From positions 8,253 through 72,252 of the forward strand of contig DAIDKV010000004.1 of assembly GCA_027449865.1 (NCBI GenBank): a DNA stretch of 64,000 nucleotides, written 5' to 3'. The notes under the pieces are model-generated. The model ran no database searches. It saw only the letters and a program-made list of their open reading frames with translations, and had not been told where the DNA came from. A program made the position numbers and the translations under genes. Positions 11,198 through 19,432 of this stretch are shown in pieces (position 1 is the first letter of the stretch; each line of letters opens with the position of its first letter). Origin of the DNA: Planctomycetales bacterium (GTDB taxonomy: Bacteria; Planctomycetota; Planctomycetia; Isosphaerales; Isosphaeraceae).

Positions 11198-12667
11198 ATG
11201 GGCCCGTATCCGCCAGGATCGAGAGGAACGCCGATGCTCGACGAGACCCAGGCCCGTATCCATCGCCGCGCCTTCCTCGGCCGATCCTCAACCGGCATCG
11301 GCACGCTGGCGCTGGCCTCGCTGCTCGACCCAACGCTGCTGAATGCAACCGAGGCCACGCCAGGGCACGATCGGCCCGCCAGCACGCTCGGCCTGCCTCA
11401 CTTCGCGCCGAAGGCAAAGCGGATCATCTACCTGTACATGGCCGGCGGACCCTCGCACCTCGAAACGCTCGACCACAAGCCCGAACTGGCCCGGATGCAC
11501 GGCCAGCCGATGCCCGAGTCGTTCACGAAGGGAATGCCCATCGCGCAGTTGCAGGGGCAAAAACTCGTCTGCTTCGCGCCCCAGCACCCCTTCCAGCGTC
11601 ACGGCGCCAGCGGACAGGAGATCAGCGCGATCTTCCCGCATGTCGCCGGGATCGCCGATGATATCTGCATCATCCGATCGATGGTGACCGAGGCGATCAA
11701 CCACGACCCGGCGCACACGTTCATGAACACGGGGACGACCATCTCAGGCCGACCGGCGATGGGCTCCTGGCTCACCTACGGACTCGGCAGCGAGAGCCGC
11801 GATCTTCCCGGCTTCGTCGTGCTGACCTCCACCGGCCGGTTCGGTCAGGCGCAACCGATCTCCACCCGGCAGTGGCACAGCGGCTTCCTCCCAAGCCGGT
11901 TCCAGGGCGTCCGGTTCTACTCCAAGGGCGACCCGGTGCTCTACCTCGGCAACCCCAGGGGAACAACCGACGGCCGCCAGCGCGACGTCGTCGACGCCGT
12001 CGAGCGGCTCAATCGGATCGAGGAGGACCGCTCCGCCGACCCCGAGATCGCCACGCGGATCTCAGCCTACGAGACGGCGTTCCGGATGCAGTCGAGCGTC
12101 CCCGAGTTGATCGACGTCTCGGCCGAGCCGAGTCACGTCCGGAAGCTCTACGGTACCGACGGCGGCGACGGAACCTTCGCGGCCAACTGCCTGCTCGCCC
12201 GGCGGCTGGCCGAGCGGGGTGTCCGCTTCATCCAGCTCTACCACCGCGACTGGGACCACCATGGCGCCATCAAGGAGCACGTCGCCGGAACGGCCCGCGA
12301 GGTCGACCAGGCCGCCGCGGCACTCGTCAAGGATTTGAAGCAGCGGGGGATGCTCGACGAAACCCTGGTGATCTGGGGCGGCGAATTCGGCCGGACACCG
12401 ATGGCCCAGGGCAACGGCCGCGATCACCACATCAAGGGCTTCTCGATCTGGATGGCCGGCGGCGGCATCAAGGGCGGCATGACCTTCGGCGCCACCGACG
12501 AGTTCGGCTACTCGGCGGTCCACGACGTGGTCCACGTCCACGACCTCCACGCGACGATCCTGGCTCTTTTCGGGATCGACCACACCCGGCTGACCTACCG
12601 CTCCCAGGGCCGAGACTTCCGCCTCACCGACGTCGCCGGAAGAGTCGTCCGGCCGATCCTCGCCTGA
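11198..12667 (+). CDS. DUF1501 domain protein (sulfatase/phosphatase-fold, Tat-type signal)
   Basis: 'RRAFLGRSSTGIGTLALA' twin-arginine leader, 'YLYMAGGPSHLETLD', and 'WGGEFGRTP...GRDHH' near the C-terminus. It starts 5 nt after the DUF1553 stop. Confidence 0.87.
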   Translation: MGPYPPGSRGTPMLDETQARIHRRAFLGRSSTGIGTLALASLLDPTLLNATEATPGHDRPASTLGLPHFAPKAKRIIYLYMAGGPSHLETLDHKPELARMHGQPMPESFTKGMPIAQLQGQKLVCFAPQHPFQRHGASGQEISAIFPHVAGIADDICIIRSMVTEAINHDPAHTFMNTGTTISGRPAMGSWLTYGLGSESRDLPGFVVLTSTGRFGQAQPISTRQWHSGFLPSRFQGVRFYSKGDPVLYLGNPRGTTDGRQRDVVDAVERLNRIEEDRSADPEIATRISAYETAFRMQSSVPELIDVSAEPSHVRKLYGTDGGDGTFAANCLLARRLAERGVRFIQLYHRDWDHHGAIKEHVAGTAREVDQAAAALVKDLKQRGMLDETLVIWGGEFGRTPMAQGNGRDHHIKGFSIWMAGGGIKGGMTFGATDEFGYSAVHDVVHVHDLHATILALFGIDHTRLTYRSQGRDFRLTDVAGRVVRPILA

Positions 12668-12921
12668 TCGAGACCGGTCGAACGAACACGCGGAAGCCAA
12701 GGCAGCCACGTTCCACTCGCCGCGGGGGCGACCGATTCCACGCCGGTCGGAGCCACCGCGCCGGGGATCTCGTCCGACGGCAGCGGCGGCAGCGTCTCGC
12801 CCGTGGTCGACGGCACCGCCGAGCCCGTCGACGACGGGAGAGGTATCTCGAAGGTATCCGCCGTGTCCCCGCCCACAACCGGAGAGGCAACCCCCGACGA
12901 GGCGATCTTCCGCGACCGCCC

Positions 12922-13193
12922 AAACTTGATGTTCACGCCGGCCCAGAGCGTGTCGACCTGAGCGTCGAATTCGGGATCTGGAGAACCGGCCCCTCGATCG
13001 CGTTGCGGAACCCGTGCACCCACGACATCGAGAACGTGACGTCCTCGTTCAGGTCGTACGAGGCACCGAGAGATAACGTATTGGTGATGATCCCAGGTGC
13101 CTGGACGTTGAACAACGTCGCCTCATGGTGGATCGGGTTGGTGTTGTAAAGGGAAATGTGCCGGGCTTCGGAACGGGGAATACCTTCAAGCAC
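12922..13193 (-). pseudogene. possible N-terminally truncated, frame-disrupted beta-barrel outer-membrane protein fragment (FadL/TodX-like C-terminus)
   Basis: Alternating beta-strand pattern 'ATLFNVQAPGIITNTLSLGASYDLNEDVTFSMSWVHGF' in one frame. 'DAQVDTLWAGVNIKF' (OMP-like terminal strand ending in Phe) lies in a second frame. No signal peptide or N-terminal part is present. Confidence 0.3.
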
Positions 13194-13272
13194 ACCGGTC
13201 GGGGCGAGTACGACGTGATCCTCGACCTGGATAAGCTCCTGGGCTTCCTCGAACCATCAGGTTCCCGAAGAC

Positions 13273-13398
13273 CCCACCCCGCGCTGGAGGGCATGGGAAG
13301 CGAAACGGTTCGGAATCAAGATGTCGCCTCTTGTGCCGATGACCACGCAGAAGCGGGCCTCTACCTCGCCGATCTGGTACACTCCCAGAGAGCCGTGA
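13273..13398 (+). pseudogene. remnant of the 3' end of a DUF3604 paralogue
   Basis: Translates to 'PTPRWRAWEAKRFGIKMSPLVPMTTQKRASTSPIWYTPREP*'. This is collinear with the true C-terminus of the downstream gene, 'PTPRWTAYDALRFGVKMSPNVPMTTQERAYTSPIWYTPGEAR*' (15226-15354). There is no upstream ORF continuity. Confidence 0.6.
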
Positions 13399-13434
13399 GT
13401 CTTCACGACCCGACGCAGAACAAGGAACGACACC

Positions 13435-15354
13435 ATGAGACGAGCCCTCTCGGTCACCGTTTTCGCGGCCTGTGCGTGGTTCCTCGGCGCATCGGCGTTC
13501 GCTCAGGAGGAAGTCAACGGCGAGGGGCTCCGCAAGGACGACCTTGCCAGGGTGAGCAAGCCGCAATACTCTCCCTATGCCGGCCGCAACTATCCGACCC
13601 GCGTCCTGTTCGGCGACACGCATCTGCACACGTCCGTTTCCGTTGACGCGGGCACCCTGAATCGCGTTGGCCAGGAGGACGCGTACCGCTTCGCGCGGGG
13701 TGAAGAGATCACCACGACCCACGGCCTGCGTGCCCGGCTCTCCCGGCCGCTCGACTTTCTGGTGATCTCGGATCACGCGGAAATGTACGGGCTGATGCCG
13801 CAGTTGCTCAGCGGTGATCCCGAGGTGCTCTCGACCGAGACCGGCCGGCGATGGCACACCGAGCTGACCAGCGGAAACTTCGACCGGATCTTCTCCACGG
13901 CGATGGAGATCGTCAAATCGCTCTCCGGCGATGAGCCGCCAATCAAAAGCCCGAAGGCCGTGCGGAATGCCTGGCAGGCTTACACCGCTCTGGCGGACCG
14001 GTACAACGATCCGGGGCATTTCACGGCGATCATCGGATTCGAGTGGACCGCCATCGGCGGGGATAACCTCCACCGCAACGTCCTGTTTCGCGGCGATGCG
14101 AGCGTCGCGAATCGCACTTTGCCCTTCTCTCAGTTCGACAGCAAGAACCCGGAAGACGTCTGGAAGTACATGGCCGATTTCGAGCGGCAGACAGGGTCGG
14201 AAGTGCTCGCGATCCCGCACAACGGCAACCTGAGCAACGGCCGGATGTTCACCGTCGAGACGTTCGCCGGCCAGCCGCTCACCCGCGAGCTTGCGGCCCT
14301 GCGCATCCGGTTCGAGTCGCTGGTCGAGGTGACCCAGATCAAGGGAGACGGCGAAGCTCATCCGCTGCTCTCTCCCAACGACGAGTTCGCCGATTACGAG
14401 AAGTGGGACCGGTCGAACCTCACCGGGACCGAGGCGAAGAAGCCAGAAATGTTGAAGTGGGAATACGCTCGCGAAGCCCTCAAGACGGGCCTCTGGCTGG
14501 AGCGAAAGCTCGGCGTGAACCCCTACAAGTTCGGCATGGTCGGGAGCACCGATTCCCACACATCGATGTCGGCGGTGGAAGAGGACAACTTCTTCGGCAA
14601 GCACTCGGGCGTCGAGCCCGAGCCGCACCGCTGGGAACACGTCGTCATTCAGGCGCCCGACCCCAAATTCACGACCAGGGGCTGGCAGCAGGCCGCCGGG
14701 GGCTATGCGGCGGTCTGGGCAAAGGAGAACACACGGGAAGCGATCTTCGATGCCATGAAGCGGAAGGAGACCTACGCGACCACCGGAACCCGGATGACCG
14801 TCCGTTTCTTCGGCGGGTGGGAATTCACCGACGAGGACGCCCAGTCGCGTCTGCCGGCCTCCGTGGGCTACACCCGAGGAGTTCCCATGGGCGGCGACCT
14901 GCGGTCGGCGCCAGCCGGCAAGTCGCCATCCTTCCTGGTGGCCGCCCTGAAAGACTCATACAGCGGGAATCTCGACCGCATCCAGATCGTCAAGGGATGG
15001 CTGGACCGCGACGGGAAGACGCACGAGCGAGTCCACGACGTGGTCTGGTCGGGCGCCCGCAAGCCAGGCTCCGACGGCAAACTGCCCCCCGTCGGAAACA
15101 CGGTCGATGTCAAACGTGCGACCTGGAAGAATACGATTGGCTCGCCCGAATTGATCGGTGTCTGGACCGATCCGAGCTTCGACCCCACCGAGCCGGCCTT
15201 CTACTACGCGAGAGTGATCGAGATTCCCACGCCGCGCTGGACGGCCTACGATGCCCTGCGGTTTGGGGTCAAGATGTCGCCCAACGTGCCGATGACCACG
15301 CAGGAGCGGGCCTATACCTCGCCGATCTGGTACACGCCGGGAGAGGCTCGGTGA
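13435..15354 (+). CDS. DUF3604 domain protein (secreted, PHP-like metal-dependent hydrolase fold)
   Basis: 639 aa, signal peptide 'VFAACAWFLGASAFA'. Shows 'VLFGDTHLHTSVSVDAG', 'VISDHAE' and 'AIPHNGNLSNG', which are typical of DUF3604. Confidence 0.85.
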   Translation: MRRALSVTVFAACAWFLGASAFAQEEVNGEGLRKDDLARVSKPQYSPYAGRNYPTRVLFGDTHLHTSVSVDAGTLNRVGQEDAYRFARGEEITTTHGLRARLSRPLDFLVISDHAEMYGLMPQLLSGDPEVLSTETGRRWHTELTSGNFDRIFSTAMEIVKSLSGDEPPIKSPKAVRNAWQAYTALADRYNDPGHFTAIIGFEWTAIGGDNLHRNVLFRGDASVANRTLPFSQFDSKNPEDVWKYMADFERQTGSEVLAIPHNGNLSNGRMFTVETFAGQPLTRELAALRIRFESLVEVTQIKGDGEAHPLLSPNDEFADYEKWDRSNLTGTEAKKPEMLKWEYAREALKTGLWLERKLGVNPYKFGMVGSTDSHTSMSAVEEDNFFGKHSGVEPEPHRWEHVVIQAPDPKFTTRGWQQAAGGYAAVWAKENTREAIFDAMKRKETYATTGTRMTVRFFGGWEFTDEDAQSRLPASVGYTRGVPMGGDLRSAPAGKSPSFLVAALKDSYSGNLDRIQIVKGWLDRDGKTHERVHDVVWSGARKPGSDGKLPPVGNTVDVKRATWKNTIGSPELIGVWTDPSFDPTEPAFYYARVIEIPTPRWTAYDALRFGVKMSPNVPMTTQERAYTSPIWYTPGEAR

Positions 15355-15362
15355 TCGTCCGC

Positions 15363-16229
15363 ATGTCGTTTCTCCGCCGGCTGCTTCGAGAACCGCTCTT
15401 GCACTTCGCCGCGATCGGAGCCTTGCTGTTCGCGGCCTACGCGATCATCCCGGGCCAGCGCACCTCGCCCGCGGAGATCGTCGTCACGCGCGGAAAGATC
15501 GACCAGCTCGCGTCCGGCTTCACCAAGATCTGGCAACGGCCGCCGACCGAATCCGAATTAAAGGGTCTGATCGACGACTGGGTACGCGAGGAGATCGCGG
15601 TGCGCGAGGCCACCGCGATGGGGCTCGACCGCGACGACACGGTCATCCGTCGGCGCCTCCGGCAGAAGCTCGAGTTCCTGTCCGACGATGTCGCCGCCGA
15701 GACCGCTCCCACCGACGACGATCTGAAAGCGTACCTTGCGGCCCATCCGGAGAAGTTCCGGGTGGAGCGTCGGTTCTCGTTCCACCAGATCTACCTGAAT
15801 CCTCAGCGCCACGAGCACGACCTGCCAACCCGGCTGGCCGCCGTCCAGCAGGCGTTGAACCGGCCCGTGACGGACGACGCGATCGAAGCCCTCGGCGACC
15901 CATCGCTCCTCGAACCCCGGTTCGAAAACCTGCGACGGAGCGAGGTCGAATCACAATTCGGTCCCACCTTCGCGTCCGCCCTCGAACGCCTTGCCCCTGG
16001 CAAGTGGGAGGGGCCCATCGAGTCGGGCTACGGCCTCCATTTCGTGCGTCTCGTCGAACGTGTGGAGGGACATGTCGCCGACCTGGCCGAGGTTCGCGAC
16101 GCCCTCCGGCGAGAGTGGGCGAACGACCGCCGGCTCAAAGCCCTTGAGTCGTTCTACGACGCAGCGCTGGAACGCTACACCGTCCAGATCGAGCCGCTTG
16201 CCCCGGCTTCCAGGGAGGCCCGGCGATGA
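15363..16229 (+). CDS. PpiC/parvulin-type peptidyl-prolyl isomerase (membrane-anchored, Rotamase_2-like)
   Basis: N-terminal TM 'LLHFAAIGALLFAAYAI' and C-terminal 'GKWEGPIESGYGLHFVRLVER'. An alternative GTG at 15351 overlaps the DUF3604 stop. Confidence 0.8.
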   Translation: MSFLRRLLREPLLHFAAIGALLFAAYAIIPGQRTSPAEIVVTRGKIDQLASGFTKIWQRPPTESELKGLIDDWVREEIAVREATAMGLDRDDTVIRRRLRQKLEFLSDDVAAETAPTDDDLKAYLAAHPEKFRVERRFSFHQIYLNPQRHEHDLPTRLAAVQQALNRPVTDDAIEALGDPSLLEPRFENLRRSEVESQFGPTFASALERLAPGKWEGPIESGYGLHFVRLVERVEGHVADLAEVRDALRREWANDRRLKALESFYDAALERYTVQIEPLAPASREARR

Positions 16230-17221
16230 ACCGCGCGCTGCTGACCATCCTCGTATGGCTCGTGACCGCGGCCAGCGTCGCGGCACACGAAATGCGCCCC
16301 GCCTACCTCGAACTGAAGCAAACGTCGGAATCGACCTACAGCGTTCTCTGGAAGGTGCCCGGCCGCGGCGAGGACCTTCGCCTCGCGCTCGACGTCGTGT
16401 TCCCTGACGGCACCACCAACGCCAGCGAGCACCGAGCCGTCATGCAGGGGGGTGCTTTTACCGAGCGCTGGACGATCCGACGCGAGGTCGGCCTGGACGG
16501 TGGCACGGTCCGCATCGCCGGGCTGAGCGAAACCATGACCGACGTCCTGGTCCGGCTGGAACGGCTCGACGGCACCACGCAGGTCTCGCGGCTTCTGCCG
16601 ACCTCTCCCTCGTTCATCGTGGAGCCCGCGCCCCGGGCGCTCGACGTGGCCGCCACCTACACAGCGCTCGGTGTCGAGCACATCCTCCAGGGCGTTGACC
16701 ACCTGCTGTTTGTCCTGGGGCTGCTCATCCTGACGCGCGGCGGCTGGAAACTGGTCAAGACGGTGACGGCCTTCACGATCTCGCACAGCCTGACGCTCAC
16801 AGCCGCGACGCTCGGCTGGGTCCACGTTCCGCCGCCGCCGGTGGAGGCCTGCATCGCGCTAAGTATCATGTTCGTCGCGGCCGAGATTTTACGGGTCCGC
16901 CAGGGCGAGGCGACGTTCACCTCCCGGAATCCCTGGCTCGTCGCGTTTGTCTTCGGCCTGATGCACGGGCTGGGCTTCGCGGGCGGGCTGAGCGAGGCCG
17001 GACTGCCCGAAAGTCACATTCCGGTGGCTCTTCTGTTCTTCAGCATGGGCGTGGAGACGGGCCACTTTCTGTTCATCGGTGCCGTACTCGCCGCGTGGTG
17101 GCTACTGCGCCGGTCACCGATCGCACCGCCACGGTGGGCGGATATCGTCCCGTCCTACGCCATCGGCGGCATCGCGGCGTTCTGGTTCCTCGACCGGACG
17201 ATTTCGTTTGTCGCTCCGTAG
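16226..17221 (+). CDS. HupE/UreJ-family membrane protein (HupE_UreJ_2-like)
   Basis: Signal peptide ending 'AAHEMRPAYLEL', a periplasmic beta-domain, then 'GVEHILQGVDHLLFVLGLLIL' plus about 5 further TM helices. ATGA overlap with the PPIase gene. Confidence 0.8.
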   Translation: MNRALLTILVWLVTAASVAAHEMRPAYLELKQTSESTYSVLWKVPGRGEDLRLALDVVFPDGTTNASEHRAVMQGGAFTERWTIRREVGLDGGTVRIAGLSETMTDVLVRLERLDGTTQVSRLLPTSPSFIVEPAPRALDVAATYTALGVEHILQGVDHLLFVLGLLILTRGGWKLVKTVTAFTISHSLTLTAATLGWVHVPPPPVEACIALSIMFVAAEILRVRQGEATFTSRNPWLVAFVFGLMHGLGFAGGLSEAGLPESHIPVALLFFSMGVETGHFLFIGAVLAAWWLLRRSPIAPPRWADIVPSYAIGGIAAFWFLDRTISFVAP

Positions 17222-17365
17222 CCCGTGAACTCGCCGATCCAACGCCACTTCGCGTCCTGAAACCACCGGGCGGCCTCTCTCGGGAGGATCAGGCCGCGTC
17301 GGCCAGTGGCTTCTCTCCAGACGCGGAGGAGGAACGTGGCATCGGCTCGGATGCCTGTGCCGAGG

Positions 17366-19063
17366 CTACTTCTCGCCGCCCGCGTTCTGAAGTTGCTTGA
17401 TGACCGAGTCGAGGTTAAACGCCCCGGGTTTCTGGCTCGGGGGGAACTCGCGGAGGGTCATCAGGAACTTCAGGGCGTAGGCATTGGCACCATACATCAG
17501 GAAGGCCCGATCAATGAGCCAGTCGTTGTAGCTGTTGGACTCGTGCTGGGCTCGCTCGAACGGGTCGCGGCGAAGGTTGAACAGCAACGGCACACGAAGT
17601 TGGATGAACGGCTCGCGCCAGACCCCGAATCCCACTCCTCGATTTTCGAGGTACACCACCTTCCAGTCGTCGTGTCGGACCGCAACGACCTGGCCCTCAT
17701 CACTCACGTAGATAAACCCCTTCCGGGCCGACTCCTTCGCCTTGCCGGTCAGGTAGTCAAGCTGGTCGTGTCCATCGATGTAATTTTTGTAGTGGCGGCT
17801 ATTCAGGTCGGTGCCCTTCGCCAGCTTCCCCTTGATCTCGGGCTCTCCGGCGACGGCGGCAAAGGTCGGGAGCCAGTCCTCATGAGCGACGATCCCGTTG
17901 AGAGTCGCTCCAGCGGGGAACTTCCCCGGCCATCGGACAAACGCCGGAACGCGGTACGCTCCCTCCCAGTTGCTGTTCTTCTCGCTGCGGAACGGCGTGT
18001 TCGCCCCGTCCGGCCAGGTGTTGAAGTGGGGACCGTTGTCGGTCGAATAGAGAACGATGGTCTCGTCGGCGATACCCAGGTCGTCAAGCTGTTTGAGAAG
18101 CTCGCCGACGTGCTGGTCGTGCTCGATCATCCCATCGGTGTACTCGTCGTGCCCGGGAACCCGATGCTCCTTCTTGACGTGAGTCCGGAAGTGCATCCGG
18201 GTTCCGTTCCACCAGCAGAAGAACGGCTTGCCCTCTTTATGCTGGCGGGCGACGAAGTCCTTTGCGGCGGCGACCGTTTCCTCGTCGATGGTCTCCATGC
18301 GCTTCCGGGTCAGCGGACCGGTATCCTCGATCGACTGACCGCCCTTACCATCCGCCTTGCACTTCAGCACGCCCCGCGGGCCAAACCTTTTGCGAAACTC
18401 GGGATCCCGAGGATAATCCTCGTGTTCCGGCTCTTCCTCGGCGTTGAGGTGGTACAGGTTCCCCAGGAACTCATCGAAGCCGTGCATCGTGGGCAGATTT
18501 TCGTCGCGGTCGCCCTGGTGATTCTTGCCGAACTGGCCGGTGGCGTACCCGAGGCTCTTCAACACCGTGGCGATGGTGACGTCGGCCCTGTTCCATCCCT
18601 CCTTCGCTCCCGGAAGCCCGACCTTCGTCATCCCGGTTCGCAGTGGCACGTTCCCGCCGAGAAACGCGGCGCGACCCGCGGTGCAACTCTGCTGGCCGTA
18701 GTAATCGGTGAAATAAATCCCCTCGCGAGCGATTCGGTCGATGTTCGGCGTTCTGTACCCCATCATGCCGCGGTTGATGTGGCTGATGTTCCAGAGGCCG
18801 ATGTCATCCCCCCAGATCACGAGGATATTGGGTTGCTTCCCCTGGCTCCGAAGGTTCGCGGCCACCTCGTTGTTATGTCGCGAGACGGCGGCGACAGCCT
18901 GGGCCTTCGCGCTTTCGACCTGGCCCGATGCCGAGGCGGCGACCGCCCCAGCCGGCGGATCGACGGGCTGCCCGATGGCCCGCGAAAGGCCCCCGGCAAG
19001 CCCGGCCAGTGTCGCCCCCATCGCGATCGAGGCGGCGATGCCCCAGGTGCAAATTCGACTCAT
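17366..19063 (-). CDS. arylsulfatase (formylglycine-dependent sulfatase family)
   Basis: 'NILVIWGDDIG', sulfatase signature 'SCTAGRAAFLGG' (C-x-A-x-R), 'GKNHQGD', 'YSTDNGPH'. The start is set at the ATG at 19063; the track start at 19087 is a TTG. Confidence 0.9.
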   Translation of the reverse strand: MSRICTWGIAASIAMGATLAGLAGGLSRAIGQPVDPPAGAVAASASGQVESAKAQAVAAVSRHNNEVAANLRSQGKQPNILVIWGDDIGLWNISHINRGMMGYRTPNIDRIAREGIYFTDYYGQQSCTAGRAAFLGGNVPLRTGMTKVGLPGAKEGWNRADVTIATVLKSLGYATGQFGKNHQGDRDENLPTMHGFDEFLGNLYHLNAEEEPEHEDYPRDPEFRKRFGPRGVLKCKADGKGGQSIEDTGPLTRKRMETIDEETVAAAKDFVARQHKEGKPFFCWWNGTRMHFRTHVKKEHRVPGHDEYTDGMIEHDQHVGELLKQLDDLGIADETIVLYSTDNGPHFNTWPDGANTPFRSEKNSNWEGAYRVPAFVRWPGKFPAGATLNGIVAHEDWLPTFAAVAGEPEIKGKLAKGTDLNSRHYKNYIDGHDQLDYLTGKAKESARKGFIYVSDEGQVVAVRHDDWKVVYLENRGVGFGVWREPFIQLRVPLLFNLRRDPFERAQHESNSYNDWLIDRAFLMYGANAYALKFLMTLREFPPSQKPGAFNLDSVIKQLQNAGGEK

Positions 19064-19432
19064 AACACATCTCTCTATTTGAGTCAATTATTGAAATGGC
19101 AGACGAAAAATGGGAGACCCATCGTGGTCGATTAGTTTGGCGGTACGAGAGAATGAAATCAATGCGATATCCACTTGAGATGCCGCTTTCTCGGCATTGT
19201 GATGCACAGGAATTTCCGGACAAGAATCTCCCCTGGTCGAGCCTCGGCTGGCGGCTCCATTCCTCCGACCCCTCGCGGTCCCCACCTCGAAACCCAGATT
19301 CTCCCGGGCCCGGGGACTCGCGGAGCGGCGTGCGCAACGACACAATAGGGGCCCGTGCCGCTCGATCCCCCGATCGAGCAGCACAGGCTTGCGGTCGAAT
19401 TGATGCGAGAAACGAAGCGTCCGGGGAACGAG

